Source: Spirochaetales bacterium
GTDB taxonomy: Bacteria; Spirochaetota; Spirochaetia; Sphaerochaetales; Sphaerochaetaceae
Assembly (NCBI GenBank): GCA_012838895.1
Contig: DUOJ01000112.1
Span: forward strand, 5,398 to 69,397
DNA: 64,000 nt
Direction of reading: 5' to 3'
The position numbers and the translations under genes are program-made. The notes under the pieces are model-generated. The model made no database searches, was not told the DNA's origin, and was given only the letters and a program-made list of their open reading frames with translations. How positions within the stretch are numbered: the first letter of the stretch is position 1; the number at the start of each line of letters is the position of its first letter. Shown in pieces: positions 1 through 10,271 of the stretch.

Positions 1-2530
1 CTGTTTGAACAGCCCCCCTCTCAACTCTCCTTGTGGGGGTTGCCTCTATTTTAACCCGCACCAAGAGGGTGGCGATGTAGCGCCTGATTTGGTCAATCAT
101 TGTGTCAAAGATATCGAATCCCTCTAGTTTGTACTCTAAGAGGGGGTTTTGTTGGGCATAGGAGCGCAAGTACACTGCCTCTCTGAGGGCTTCAAGTTGC
201 TCTAGGTGCTCTTGCCATCTGATATCGATTTGGCGCAGGTATTGGAGACGGAGGAAGTCGTTAAAGACCTCTTTTCCCGTTAGTTTAACCTTCTCCTCGA
301 CGTGAACCCTATAGGCGTCGTAGATGGTCTCTTTAAGGGTGTTGAACTCCTCCTTGAAGGGGGGGACAAAGTGGAAAGTTCTTTCCAGCTCCTCTTTTAA
401 GAGGGCTAGGTTCTTACTCTTATCTCTCCCTTGGAAGTCGTAGTTGACAACAATCTCCGCAACCATATCTTCACATGCTTGGAGGGCCCGCTCTAATAGG
501 TCATCGGCTTGGAGAATTGAGTTGCGCTGTCCATAGAGGTAATTACGCTGCTCGTTGAGGACATCGTCGTACTCTAAAAGGTGTTTACGAATCTCAAAGT
601 TGCGCTCTTCTACCCTCATTTGGGCCTTCTCTATCGCTCGGCTAACCATCGAGTGTTCAATTGGTTCACCCCCCATTCCAATGCGATCCAAGAGGGCGCG
701 TACCGAATCTTTGGCAAAGAGGCGCATCAGTGAATCTTCGAGGGAGATGAAGAAGCGGGAGACCCCCGGGTCTCCTTGGCGTCCCGCCCTTCCTCGCAGC
801 TGGTTATCGATGCGTCGCGATTCGTGGCGCTCAGTCCCTAAGATATAGAGACCACCCAACTCTTTTACGGCGTTGTAATCCTCCAACCACTGGGGATAGA
901 CCCTCTTCTTGGCCTCTCCATACTCTTCGGGGGTGGCATCGATGCCACATGCAGCCCATATGCGCCCCTCAAGGGAGCCCCCTAGTTTAATATCGGTTCC
1001 TCTTCCGGCCATGTTGGTAGCGATGGTAACTGACCCTTTAGCCCCTGCATTCTCTATAATCTTCGCCTCGCGGGTATGGTTCTTGGCGTTGAGAACTTCG
1101 TGTTTAATGCCCCGTCGCCTCAAGAGAGTTGATAACAATTCACTCTTCTCGATTGAGACCGTTCCCACTAAGATAGGTTGACCACGCTGGTGGACCTTCT
1201 CAATCTCCCTAACAATGGCGTCCAATTTGTACTCTTCGGTGAGGTAGACTAGGTCTTGGTGGTCGACCCTAACGACGGGGACGTTGGTTGGTACTACAAC
1301 TACATCGAGGTTGTAGATCTTTAAGAACTCGGGGGCTTCGGTGTCGGCTGTCCCTGTCATCCCTGAGATCTTCTCATACATCCTAAAGAAGTTCTGGAAA
1401 GTGATGGTGGCCAAAGTTTTATTTTGACGCTCAACCTTGATCCTCTCTTTAGCCTCAATGGCTTGGTGTAAACCGTCGCTGTAGCGCCTTCCGTGGAGGA
1501 TACGGCCGGTAAATTCGTCAACTATTTGGACCTTCCCCTCTGCTACCACATAGTCGGTATCAAGGTGGAAGAGTTGATGGGCTTTAACCGCTTGGGTCAT
1601 GTAGTGGACAAATTCAAAGTTCTCCCCATCGTAGAGACTCCCCTCAATGACGTTGTTGCGTTGCAAGAGGTTCTCCATATGGTTGAGACCAGCGTTAGTA
1701 AACATAACCCGTTTCTGCTTCTCATCTATTTGGTAGTCGCCAGGGCCCTCTTCGGGGTACTCCCCCGTCTCCTCATCTATTTTACAGGGGGTGAGCTGGA
1801 GGGCAATGGTGTTGGAGATCTTAATCTTCAATGTATCATCAGCAGCTTGCCCACTAATAATTAGGGGGGTACGCGCCTCATCAATTAAAATTGAGTCAAT
1901 CTCGTCGACAATACAGTAGTTGTGTTGGGGTTGAATCTTCTCCTCTAGGCTCCACTTCATATTGTCTCTGAGGTAGTCAAACCCAAATTCGTTGTTGGTC
2001 CCGTAGGTTATGTTGCAGTTGTAAGCTTCACGACGTGCTTCGTTGTCCATATCGCTCACGATGCTCCCTACACTTAAGCCTAAGAAGCGGTAGATGGGCC
2101 CCATCCACTCAGCATCCCGGCGGGCGAGGTAGTCGTTAACGGTGACAATGTGGACCCCTTTTCCGGTGAGGGCGTTGAGATAGGCGGCCGGAACACAGGT
2201 TAAAGTCTTCCCTTCACCCGTCTTCATCTCTAAGATATTCCCTTGATGGAGCACTATTGCCCCCATAATCTGCACATCGTAATGGCGCTCCCCGAGGACC
2301 CTCTCCGCCGCTTCGCGGGCGAGGGCAAAGGCCTCTGGAAGGAGACTATCTAAACTCTCTCCCTGCCCATAGCGCTCTTTAAATTGGTTGGTTATAAGGG
2401 GGAACTGGTCGTCTTTCAACTCTTTAGCCCACTCACTGCGCTCATTTACTCTATTGACGAGAGGAGTGAGGTGCTTTATATCGCGCTCTTGTTTGGTTTT
2501 AAACAATTTTCTGAAAATGCCTTTTGCCAT
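1..2530 (-). CDS. secA: Preprotein translocase ATPase SecA (N-terminal ~843 codons; 3' end runs off the window)
   Basis: Absent from the ORF track because it has no stop inside the window. Reverse-complement reading from ATG (cat at 2528-2530) gives MAKGIFRKLFKTKQERDIKHLTPLVNRVNE...QIMGAIVLHQGNILEMKTGEGKTLTCVPAAYLNALTGKGVHIVTVNDYLARRDAEWMGPIYRFLGLSVG...TYGTNNEFGFDYLRDNM, the SecA motor-domain blocks. The + strand ORFs at 555-1864 are antisense artefacts. Confidence 0.9.
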   Translation of the reverse strand, partial: MAKGIFRKLFKTKQERDIKHLTPLVNRVNERSEWAKELKDDQFPLITNQFKERYGQGESLDSLLPEAFALAREAAERVLGERHYDVQIMGAIVLHQGNILEMKTGEGKTLTCVPAAYLNALTGKGVHIVTVNDYLARRDAEWMGPIYRFLGLSVGSIVSDMDNEARREAYNCNITYGTNNEFGFDYLRDNMKWSLEEKIQPQHNYCIVDEIDSILIDEARTPLIISGQAADDTLKIKISNTIALQLTPCKIDEETGEYPEEGPGDYQIDEKQKRVMFTNAGLNHMENLLQRNNVIEGSLYDGENFEFVHYMTQAVKAHQLFHLDTDYVVAEGKVQIVDEFTGRILHGRRYSDGLHQAIEAKERIKVERQNKTLATITFQNFFRMYEKISGMTGTADTEAPEFLKIYNLDVVVVPTNVPVVRVDHQDLVYLTEEYKLDAIVREIEKVHQRGQPILVGTVSIEKSELLSTLLRRRGIKHEVLNAKNHTREAKIIENAGAKGSVTIATNMAGRGTDIKLGGSLEGRIWAACGIDATPEEYGEAKKRVYPQWLEDYNAVKELGGLYILGTERHESRRIDNQLRGRAGRQGDPGVSRFFISLEDSLMRLFAKDSVRALLDRIGMGGEPIEHSMVSRAIEKAQMRVEERNFEIRKHLLEYDDVLNEQRNYLYGQRNSILQADDLLERALQACEDMVAEIVVNYDFQGRDKSKNLALLKEELERTFHFVPPFKEEFNTLKETIYDAYRVHVEEKVKLTGKEVFNDFLRLQYLRQIDIRWQEHLEQLEALREAVYLRSYAQQNPLLEYKLEGFDIFDTMIDQIRRYIATLLVRVKIEATPTRRVERGAVQT

Positions 2531-2617
2531 AGGAAATCCTTTGTCATTTGTGGTAAACTCTTAAAAGTATACCAACCTTTAGGCTATCTGTATATCACTA
2601 AGGGTAAGGAGAAGAGA

Positions 2618-3685
2618 GTGAAAGTATGTTTCACCGGGGGAGGGACCGGTGGCCACGTATTTCCCGCCTTTGCTGTCGATGCTGAGTTGAAAGTGTTGGT
2701 GGGGGGAGATTATGAACGCTTTTGGATTGGTAGCGGTAGCCCCCAAGAGCGCCAATGGGTAGAGCAGGAGCAAATCCCCTACTACTCAATCAAGAGTGGT
2801 AAGCTACGCCGTTACTTCTCTTGGCAAACCTTTCCCGATCTCTTCAATATTGTTGTAGGGCTCTTCCAAGCCCTCAAGATTTTAAAGAAGGAGCGCCCCG
2901 ATATCCTCTTTTCCAAGGGGGGGTATGTCTCGGTCCCCCCAGTCGTGGCCGCTCGTCTTTTGAAAATCCCTTCAATAACCCACGAATCAGATGCCCTTCC
3001 TGGCCTCGCTACCCGCTTAAACAGCCTCTTTGTCGATAAGGTTTGTATCCCCTTTGAGGGGGCCGAGGGGAAGCTACCCCCTAAAAAGGTGGTTGTCACC
3101 GGGGTCCCCACCCGTCTCTCTTTAGAGAGGGCCCAAACTAACAAGCCGCCGGAGGGTAGTCAGAAAAGGGTAGTGGTCTTAGGGGGTAGTCAGGGAGCCC
3201 AGCAAATCAATACCCTTATTTGGGACAACTTGGAGCGTCTTCTCCCCCTTTGTGAGGTTTTTCACCAGACGGGAAGTGGTAAACTAATCCCCCTAGAGCG
3301 AGAGGGGTATCACCCATTTCCCTTCCTCTACGATGAATTGGAGGAGGTTCTCCACTCTGCTACCCTAGTTATTTCTCGCTCAGGGGCGACCGCTTTAGCC
3401 GACTTTTTAGAACTTGAGAAGCCGATGATTTTAATCCCCCTCAATTTGCAAGCTTCCCGGGGGGACCAGGTGGCTAATGCAGAGCGCCTTGAAGCAGCAG
3501 GGGCTGCTATAATTATTAGTGGCGATGATGGTGATGAGTTGATTCAAGCCGTCACTACAGTGTTAAATGAAGAGAAGTTTAGAGAGACGATGATTGAGAG
3601 GGGTAAATCCCTCTATATTAAAGGGTCGGCAACCAAGATTGCTAAAGCAATAGTTGGTTTGAAAGGAGGCGAGCAAAATGGCTGA
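2618..3685 (+). CDS. murG: UDP-GlcNAc:lipid I N-acetylglucosaminyltransferase MurG
   Basis: ORF 2384-3685 trimmed to GTG 2618, which has AGGAG about 9 nt upstream and avoids overlapping the secA start. Motifs VCFTGGGTGGHVFPA, LGGSQGAQ and ISRSGATALAD are typical of MurG. Confidence 0.85.
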   Translation: MKVCFTGGGTGGHVFPAFAVDAELKVLVGGDYERFWIGSGSPQERQWVEQEQIPYYSIKSGKLRRYFSWQTFPDLFNIVVGLFQALKILKKERPDILFSKGGYVSVPPVVAARLLKIPSITHESDALPGLATRLNSLFVDKVCIPFEGAEGKLPPKKVVVTGVPTRLSLERAQTNKPPEGSQKRVVVLGGSQGAQQINTLIWDNLERLLPLCEVFHQTGSGKLIPLEREGYHPFPFLYDELEEVLHSATLVISRSGATALADFLELEKPMILIPLNLQASRGDQVANAERLEAAGAAIIISGDDGDELIQAVTTVLNEEKFRETMIERGKSLYIKGSATKIAKAIVGLKGGEQNG

Positions 3686-4193
3686 ATGGAGTTTTTCAAT
3701 CGGAGCGTGGTCTTTTAACCTTGTCGATATCATAATAGTGGTAATCGTTTTAGTGACCACTATAACAGCAACTGTTAGGGGCTTTGCCCAAACTTTATCA
3801 AAACGCCTTGGCTTTCTTATTGGTCTTGTGGTAGCCCTCTTTTATGCCCACTTGTTGGCCAATTTATTGGTTGAAACATTTGAGCTCCCCCTTTTATGGT
3901 CAACCCTCATAGCCTTCGTTGTGATCTTTATTGTGGTCTATCTCTTAATTATTGCCTTTGGGAAACTGCTGAGTAAAGCACTGGAAGCCGTCCGCCTCAA
4001 CTTCCTTAACCGCATTTTGGGGGCAGCCTTGGGGATAGTTGAAGCTTTTGTTATTGTGGCCGTGATAGTCTATCTCCTAAATTTGCAGAAGGTTATCAAC
4101 GTAGAGCCCTACTTTGCCCACTCCTTCCTTATTACCCGAGTGGTGGCCCCCTTAACACCTATTGGAGTAGGCTGGGTTAAAGGGTTACTGTAG
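3678..4193 (+). CDS. CvpA-family integral membrane protein
   Basis: 171 aa with 4 hydrophobic helices. The N-terminus (NLVDIIIVVIVLVTTITATVRGFAQTLSKRLGFLIGLVVA) matches the CvpA pattern. It overlaps the murG stop by 8 nt. Confidence 0.65.
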   Translation: MAEWSFSIGAWSFNLVDIIIVVIVLVTTITATVRGFAQTLSKRLGFLIGLVVALFYAHLLANLLVETFELPLLWSTLIAFVVIFIVVYLLIIAFGKLLSKALEAVRLNFLNRILGAALGIVEAFVIVAVIVYLLNLQKVINVEPYFAHSFLITRVVAPLTPIGVGWVKGLL

Positions 4194-4194
4194 G

Positions 4195-5268
4195 ATGTTT
4201 GAATCAATTTTGCCCCACCATGCGGGGGTAGTTGCCACACTGCAGCAACAAATTTTAGAGGGGAGCCTGCCCCACGCTCTCCTCCTTGCAGGGCCCCCTT
4301 TTGCTGGGCGCCTCACTCTAGCCTATGAAATTGCCCGGGTAGTGACCTGTCGTAAAGAGGGGGAGGCAACCTGCCTCTGTCCATCGTGTCGCACCTATTA
4401 TCGTAGCGCACCCACCAACTTAATTTTTGTGGGAAACCGTGAACATAAAATAAGGGTGAGTGGGGCCCTCAATGCCTTTAAGGAGGAGCTAACTAAGCGA
4501 CGCTTAAATCAACTCCTCTTTGTTGTCAGAGCTATGATTAGTCAATACCACCCCGCTTTAGAGGGGGAGGGGGTGGGGGAGTTAGATCAACTTTTAATCC
4601 AACTCGAAGACCTTCCTCAAGAGGAGTATGGGAGGGGCGAGAAAGAGCTCAGAGCTCAATTAAAACCCTTCCTGGCCCCTACCAAACGTTCTCCAGGTCT
4701 CACTATCGATATGGTGCGGCTACTGCAACAGTGGAGCCGTCTCACCTCCCTCTCGGGTGAGGCGCGCTTTATCGTTTTGGAGGGGGTGGAGAGGGGCTCC
4801 ATTGGGAGTCAAAATAGCCTCTTGAAGCTCTTAGAGGAGCCGCCGGTGGCTACCTATATCATCCTCATCAGTGAGCGCCCGGCTCTCCTTTTACCTACAA
4901 TCTTGAGTCGAGTGCAACACTACCAATTGGAAGAATTAAAGGGGGTGGGTGAGTTGACCTACCAGTGGGCTAATATTGCCACTGAAGAGCTCAAGGGGGA
5001 GGCTAAAGCCTTTTTGGGGAGGAAGCTCCTCACCCATAGAGAGTTAGCCTCCCTCTGTGGTAAACTTGATGAAGATGTCCTTTTTAATTACTTTAAAGAG
5101 GCTCTCATCGAAGAGGTGAGGGGTCAGTTTAAAGCCAATTTGTTGAGTAGTCGTCAAAGTAGCCACCTAGTGGGGCGCATAGAGGAGGCCTTTGCCAAAG
5201 GCGCCCTCTATAACCAGAGTAATAGAGTGGTGGTAGAGTCGCTCTACTACCGCCTGCGTGAGGAGTAA
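4195..5268 (+). CDS. holB: DNA polymerase III delta-prime subunit (clamp-loader AAA+ like)
   Basis: HALLLAGPPFAGRLTLAYEIARVV is a degenerate P-loop. It is followed by a Cys cluster (CLCPSCRTY), then IVLEGVE and SRV (ILSRVQHY) sensor-like blocks typical of HolB. Confidence 0.7.
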   Translation: MFESILPHHAGVVATLQQQILEGSLPHALLLAGPPFAGRLTLAYEIARVVTCRKEGEATCLCPSCRTYYRSAPTNLIFVGNREHKIRVSGALNAFKEELTKRRLNQLLFVVRAMISQYHPALEGEGVGELDQLLIQLEDLPQEEYGRGEKELRAQLKPFLAPTKRSPGLTIDMVRLLQQWSRLTSLSGEARFIVLEGVERGSIGSQNSLLKLLEEPPVATYIILISERPALLLPTILSRVQHYQLEELKGVGELTYQWANIATEELKGEAKAFLGRKLLTHRELASLCGKLDEDVLFNYFKEALIEEVRGQFKANLLSSRQSSHLVGRIEEAFAKGALYNQSNRVVVESLYYRLREE

Positions 5269-6464
5269 TGAATAAATTTATTCGGCGTGCATTTAACAAA
5301 ATTGAGAAACTCAGTACTAGCGAATTTAAAACTTTAGTCCGCTTTCTAGGCTCTGAGAACGAGCTTATGGGGTATGTGTTCGAAAAGATAGATATTGGAA
5401 TTTTAGTGACGAATGATTTAGGACGGGTCCTCAATTGTAACGCTGCTGCCAAGCGGCTAATCCCCATCTCAAGGGCCCTTAATGAGGGGACGAGCCTTAG
5501 TTATGCCCTCAGCGACCAAGATATTGCCAACTTCATGCTCAAAGCACTCAACACGGTGGGTGATGAACAGGGGGAAGAGAAGGAGTTCTCCTACCAACAT
5601 GGAGAGAGGGTGCGGACAATTTTAATCTCGGTCTCCGCCTTCACTAGCGAACTCGACCCCGTTTTTGAACAAGATACCGGCAACCGTCTCATCTACTTTA
5701 TCCGCGATATCTCGGAGGAGAAGCGGCAGCAATCGCGCCTCCACCGCTCAGAGAGTTTAGCCTCTCTCACCACAGTAGCGGCTGGGGTTGCCCATGAAAT
5801 TAAAAACCCCTTAGCCTCAATCGGGATCCATCTTCAACTTTTGCAGAAAGCATTTGAGCGTAAAGAGAGTCTAACGATGGAGGATGCGAGTCGTTACCTC
5901 AAAGTGATTGATGAAGAGATTGAGCGCTTAAATGCGATAGTGGTCGACTTCCTCTTCGCTGTACGGCCCATGGATGTGCGCCTCCGCCTCGAAAACGTCA
6001 ACGATGTGATTAACGATGTCTTAAATTTTGTCACACATGAGCTTGAGCAACATGGGATAAAAATTGAGCGTAACCTGGAAGAGTTTCTCCCTAAACTACG
6101 CTTAGATGAGAACCTCCTGAAGCAAGCCCTCCTCAATATAATTAAAAATGCGATGAATGCTCTCGAGGTGAGTGGCGGAGTTTTGGCGGTCTCAACCAAA
6201 CTTTTAGGAGACCATGTAGCCCTCACCATCCACGATAACGGCATAGGGATGGATGAGGCAACGCTTTCTAAAATATTTGAACCCTATTTCACCACTAAGC
6301 CTAGTGGCTCAGGGTTAGGGTTAACGATGGTCTTTAAGGTGGTTAAAGAGCACTCTGGGGAGATTAGTGTCTCCTCTAAACTGGGGGAGGGGACCACCTT
6401 CACTATAACCTTGCCGGTACCTACGAGCGAGAGATTGGCCTTGGAGGCGGCCCAAACACCATGA
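5268..6464 (+). CDS. Cytoplasmic PAS-domain sensor histidine kinase (NtrB/AtoS-like)
   Basis: H-box GVAHEIKNPLASI, N-box LLNIIKNAMNA, G-boxes HDNGIGMD and GSGLGL. No TM helices, and the N-terminal ~150 aa are PAS-like. The start overlaps the holB stop (TAATG). Confidence 0.85.
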   Translation: MNKFIRRAFNKIEKLSTSEFKTLVRFLGSENELMGYVFEKIDIGILVTNDLGRVLNCNAAAKRLIPISRALNEGTSLSYALSDQDIANFMLKALNTVGDEQGEEKEFSYQHGERVRTILISVSAFTSELDPVFEQDTGNRLIYFIRDISEEKRQQSRLHRSESLASLTTVAAGVAHEIKNPLASIGIHLQLLQKAFERKESLTMEDASRYLKVIDEEIERLNAIVVDFLFAVRPMDVRLRLENVNDVINDVLNFVTHELEQHGIKIERNLEEFLPKLRLDENLLKQALLNIIKNAMNALEVSGGVLAVSTKLLGDHVALTIHDNGIGMDEATLSKIFEPYFTTKPSGSGLGLTMVFKVVKEHSGEISVSSKLGEGTTFTITLPVPTSERLALEAAQTP

Positions 6465-7822
6465 AGAGAAAGATCTTAGTAGCCGATGACGAGAAGAATA
6501 TTAGACTCGGTTTGCAGTTAGCCCTCGAAGATGAGGGGTACTCAGTTCTGGTCGCTGCTGATGGTAATGAGGCGTGGGAGATTATCTCGAAAGAGCATGT
6601 CAACCTCCTAATAACCGACCTCAAAATGCCAGGAATGGATGGTCAAGAGCTCCTTAAGCGGGTCTCGGCCGCCTATCCCACAATGCCGGTGGTGATCTTA
6701 ACGGGGCATGGTACCATTGAAGCCGCTGTCGAAGCGATGCAGAGCGGTGCTGCCGACTTCTTAACTAAACCCCTCAACTTAGATCGCCTCTTTCTCTTAA
6801 TTAGGCGTGCTTTTAGCAACCTAGACCTCTATGAACAAAATGAGCAACTTAAGAGAGAGTTGGCCGAGCTGAAAAGGCAAAGTGGATACGACAAGATAAT
6901 TGGCAAAAGTGAGAAGATGGTCCACCTTATGGATACCGTCAAACAGATTGCCGATGCCAATGCCAGTGTCCTCATCACAGGAGAGAGTGGCGTGGGGAAG
7001 GAGTTGGTGGCAGATGCCCTCCACCACCTCTCTGAGCGCTCTAAAGGGCCCTTCATTAAGGTGAGTTGTGCCTCTTTTGCCGAAACCCTCTTAGAGGATG
7101 AGCTCTTTGGTCACGAAAAGGGGGCCTTCAGTGGTGCCATTGCTGCCCGTAAAGGACGCTTTGAGTTGGCTGACGGGGGGACCCTCTTCCTCGATGAGAT
7201 TGGGGAGCTGAGCCAAATGACCCAAGTTAAGCTCTTAAGGGTGCTCCAAGAGCGACAGTTTGAACGCCTTGGGGGAGAGGCAACAATAACGGTTGATGTG
7301 CGTCTCATAGCTGCTACCAACAAAGACCTCAAAAAAGAGGTGGAGGCGGGGCGCTTTAGGGAAGATCTCTACTACCGCCTTAATGTAATTCACCTGGAAG
7401 TTCCCCCTTTAAGGGAACGTAAAGAGGATATCCCCCTCTTGATGGCCCACTTCTTGGAGAGTTTTAACGAACGTAACAAACGGAAAGTTGAAGGTTTTAG
7501 CCCCCGGGCTAGATCGGCGATGTTGGCCTATGACTGGCCTGGCAATATTCGAGAACTGGGCAACTGTGTCGAGAGTGCCGTTGTATTGGCGAGTAAGAAG
7601 TTAATCGACCTTGAAGATTTGCCAAATAATATTCGCAGTGCCTCGCGCGAAGAGCGCATTGTTATTCCGGTGGGAACTAGCCTTGAACAGGCAGAGAAGG
7701 CGTTGATTATCGCAACGATTGCCTCACTAGGGGGAAATAAGTCGAAAGCCGCCGAGACGTTGGGATTAGCCCGTAAAACACTCTATCGTAAGCTTGAGGA
7801 GTACGAGATTGGACAAGAGTGA
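6461..7822 (+). CDS. Sigma-54-dependent response regulator (NtrC/AtoC family enhancer-binding protein)
   Basis: Receiver domain (ILVADDE...LLITDLKMPGMDG). AAA+ core has Walker A GESGVGKE, a GAFSGA loop (variant of GAFTGA), Walker B LFLDEIGE and ESAVVL. C-terminal Fis-type HTH (AAETLGLARKTLYRKL). 4-nt overlap with the kinase gene. Confidence 0.9.
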   Translation: MKRKILVADDEKNIRLGLQLALEDEGYSVLVAADGNEAWEIISKEHVNLLITDLKMPGMDGQELLKRVSAAYPTMPVVILTGHGTIEAAVEAMQSGAADFLTKPLNLDRLFLLIRRAFSNLDLYEQNEQLKRELAELKRQSGYDKIIGKSEKMVHLMDTVKQIADANASVLITGESGVGKELVADALHHLSERSKGPFIKVSCASFAETLLEDELFGHEKGAFSGAIAARKGRFELADGGTLFLDEIGELSQMTQVKLLRVLQERQFERLGGEATITVDVRLIAATNKDLKKEVEAGRFREDLYYRLNVIHLEVPPLRERKEDIPLLMAHFLESFNERNKRKVEGFSPRARSAMLAYDWPGNIRELGNCVESAVVLASKKLIDLEDLPNNIRSASREERIVIPVGTSLEQAEKALIIATIASLGGNKSKAAETLGLARKTLYRKLEEYEIGQE

Positions 7823-9902
7823 TATCTACGACATCTTCGATGAGGGGGGGCTTCTTGACCAACACCTAGAGGGGTACGAGTTTCGTGAAGGGCAACTAGA
7901 GATGGCCTTGACGGTGAGTCGTGCCTACAAAGAGGGGGCCATTGCTGCCATCGAGGCGGGAACGGGGATTGGCAAATCGTTTGCCTATCTAGTACCAGCC
8001 CTCCTGTGGGCTCAAGACAACCCCTCCCATAAGAGTGTTGTGGCGACGGCTACCATCAATTTACAGCGTCAACTCTTTGAGAAAGATATTGAACAACTCT
8101 TCTCAATCCTCAATCGCCATTTCAATGTCGCCTTGGTGATGGGGCGGGGCAACTATCTCTGCCTTAGACGCCTACAAGAGAAAGTGGCCGAAGAACCCCT
8201 AATAGCCCGTGATGGGGAGTCTGAATTGGCCATTCTTGTTAAATGGAGCCAAGAGAGTGAAACAGGCTTGAGGAGTGAGTGCCCTATTTGGATTAGTGAA
8301 GAGCTGTGGTCCCAAGTGTGTAGCGATGGGGAGCTGTGTAGCGGTTACCAATGCCACTACAACAAAGAGTGTTTCTTCTTTAAATCGCGCAAAAAAGCAG
8401 GTGAAGCTTCTCTAATAATTACCAACCACCACCTCCTCTTCAGCGATGCCCATGCCCGCCTAGAGGAGGGACTTTCCTACAATGAAGAGGCGATTCTCCC
8501 CCCCTTTCACCACTTAATAATCGATGAAGCCCACAACATAGAGCGTAACGCAACCGACTTCTTCACCGTCACCTACAACGAGCGGGAGATCTACCGCCTC
8601 ATAGGGCGCCTTAAGGGGCAAGGCTCTAGGAGGAAGGGACTCCTTGAAATTCTAGAGCCCTATGGGAAAACGGAGGGGAGTGTCGCCCAGATTGAGAGCG
8701 CTTTAACCCTTGTAGCCGAGTGTCTAGGGTACATTGAGACCTTTTTATTGGGCTTTATGGGGGCCACTAAAGGTTCATCCTTCTTAGTGGAATCCCACCA
8801 CGAAGAGGAGTTTAAAGCGTTAGGCGAGTTGTCCCAAACCCTCAGTGGCTACTGTGACAATTTAGTGGGGCTAACCCTCAACTTTTTAGAGAAGGCCTCA
8901 ATTCCCGAAGAGTTGGCCTCTCGAGAGAGGGAGGCAATTGTTGCTACCATGCGGATAGCCGCTTCAAGTCAAGCTTTGGCCAAGTTTGTCGCTTTTGATC
9001 GGAGTCGAGAAGAGGTTTTTTGGATTGAGATCTTTGGGGGTGAGGGGAAGCGGAGAATCTATACCCACGTCTCCCCCCTCTCGGTGGGTGAAGCACTCCA
9101 AAATTCGATCTTTTCAGGCCTCGCCAGTGTGGTGTGTACCAGTGCTACCCTCGATTTGGGGGATGACTTTGCCTACTGGTCTTCTAGGGTGGGACTTCCC
9201 CTCGCCAATTCTCGTCTGTTTATCAAGGAGGTGCACAACTCACCCTTCGACTTTAGAAACAATCTCCTCCTTTTAACCCCCTCTGATGCTCCCCTCTTTA
9301 AGGAGCAGCTCACTGAAGAGTATCTAACCTATATCATTGAGACCGTTCACGAAGCTCTGCTCGCTTCCAATGGGGGAGCTCTGCTCCTCTTTACCAGCTA
9401 TAAGATGTTGGAGGAGGTGGCCCAAGCTCTGCGTCCCCGCTTAGAGAAGTTTTCAATAAACCTCCTAGTTCAGGGGGAGAAGGATCGCTACCAGCTTTTA
9501 AGGGAGTTTGCCACCGATGAGAATAGCGTCCTCTTTGCAACCGATTCGTTTTGGGAGGGGGTTGATGCTCCCGGTACCACCTTACGTCTCGTTGTGATTG
9601 TTAAACTCCCCTTTAGGGTCCCCACTGACCCAGTCTTTAGGGCACGCCAAGAGGCGCTAGACCGAAAGGGGAGGAGTGGTTTCTTCTCCCTTGCCCTTCC
9701 GGAGGCAACAATGAAGCTAAAACAGGGCTTTGGGCGTCTCCTTAGAAATACCCTCGACAGTGGGATTGTCTTAATTTTAGATAGTAGGGTGGTTAATAAA
9801 CAGTATGGAAGGTGGATGCTGAGGGCACTACCCGATTCGTTCCACCCCGAAACTACCACCAGTGGGGTGGCCCAAAAGATTGAAGATTTTCTCTACAAAT
9901 AA
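7794..9902 (+). CDS. dinG: DinG/XPD-family ATP-dependent DNA helicase with Fe-S Cys cluster
   Basis: Walker A EAGTGIGKSFAYL and DEAH box LIIDEAHNIE. Four Cys (CLRRL...CPIW...CSDGELCSGYQC) lie between motifs I and II. C-terminal FATDSFWEGVD and FGRLLR blocks. The start is uncertain: 7794 overlaps the regulator by 29 nt, and TTG 7809 is possible. Confidence 0.8.
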   Translation: MRSTRLDKSDIYDIFDEGGLLDQHLEGYEFREGQLEMALTVSRAYKEGAIAAIEAGTGIGKSFAYLVPALLWAQDNPSHKSVVATATINLQRQLFEKDIEQLFSILNRHFNVALVMGRGNYLCLRRLQEKVAEEPLIARDGESELAILVKWSQESETGLRSECPIWISEELWSQVCSDGELCSGYQCHYNKECFFFKSRKKAGEASLIITNHHLLFSDAHARLEEGLSYNEEAILPPFHHLIIDEAHNIERNATDFFTVTYNEREIYRLIGRLKGQGSRRKGLLEILEPYGKTEGSVAQIESALTLVAECLGYIETFLLGFMGATKGSSFLVESHHEEEFKALGELSQTLSGYCDNLVGLTLNFLEKASIPEELASREREAIVATMRIAASSQALAKFVAFDRSREEVFWIEIFGGEGKRRIYTHVSPLSVGEALQNSIFSGLASVVCTSATLDLGDDFAYWSSRVGLPLANSRLFIKEVHNSPFDFRNNLLLLTPSDAPLFKEQLTEEYLTYIIETVHEALLASNGGALLLFTSYKMLEEVAQALRPRLEKFSINLLVQGEKDRYQLLREFATDENSVLFATDSFWEGVDAPGTTLRLVVIVKLPFRVPTDPVFRARQEALDRKGRSGFFSLALPEATMKLKQGFGRLLRNTLDSGIVLILDSRVVNKQYGRWMLRALPDSFHPETTTSGVAQKIEDFLYK

Positions 9903-9905
9903 TTA

Positions 9906-9928
9906 GGGGCTACCGTTATGGCAGCCCC
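9906..9928. terminator. Hairpin between convergent dinG and groES (possible bidirectional terminator)
   Basis: GGGGCTACC-gttat-GGCAGCCCC gives 8 of 9 bp paired. The flanking U-tracts are weak on both strands. Confidence 0.35.
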
Positions 9929-9948
9929 CCGTTGGTTGTATACTCAAT

Positions 9949-10212
9949 CTATGAGATTATGGCAAGAATATCACCCATATGAAGGATGAGGAACTCTTTC
10001 CCTTCGCTGGTGATTGAGGTTCCAGCGTATTTGTCGTACATCACCTTGTCACCTTTCTTAACGGTAATCATCTCATCGTCGCCAATAGCAACCACTTCGG
10101 CAATTTGGGTCTTCTCTTGGGCTGTTTGAGGGATAAAAATCCCACCAGCTGATTTCTCTTGAACTTCTTCCATCTTGACCAATACCCGGTCTCCAAGCGG
10201 TCTAATCGTCAT
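9949..10212 (-). CDS. groES: Co-chaperonin GroES (10 kDa), not followed by groEL
   Basis: MTIRPLGDRVLVKMEEVQEKSAGGIFIPQTAQEKTQIAEVVAIG...GDKVMYDKYAGT is a full-length GroES pattern. GGAGG lies 7 nt upstream of the ATG. Confidence 0.95.
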   Translation of the reverse strand: MTIRPLGDRVLVKMEEVQEKSAGGIFIPQTAQEKTQIAEVVAIGDDEMITVKKGDKVMYDKYAGTSITSEGKEFLILHMGDILAIIS

Positions 10213-10271
10213 ATACTCCTCCTATATGCTAATAATTAATATTTTCTCTTCAGATTATTAAATCCACTTGA

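Noticed and set aside
555-1864. Three plus-strand ORFs of 90-123 aa at the left end of the window
   Set aside because: They lie antisense to an uninterrupted SecA reading frame, are rich in Ser/Arg/Leu/Pro, and have no RBS. They are shadow ORFs. The same judgement applies to the many 60-130-aa antisense or alternate-frame ORFs listed inside murG, the HK/RR genes, ppdK, smc, ileS, hrpA-like and the rnf genes.
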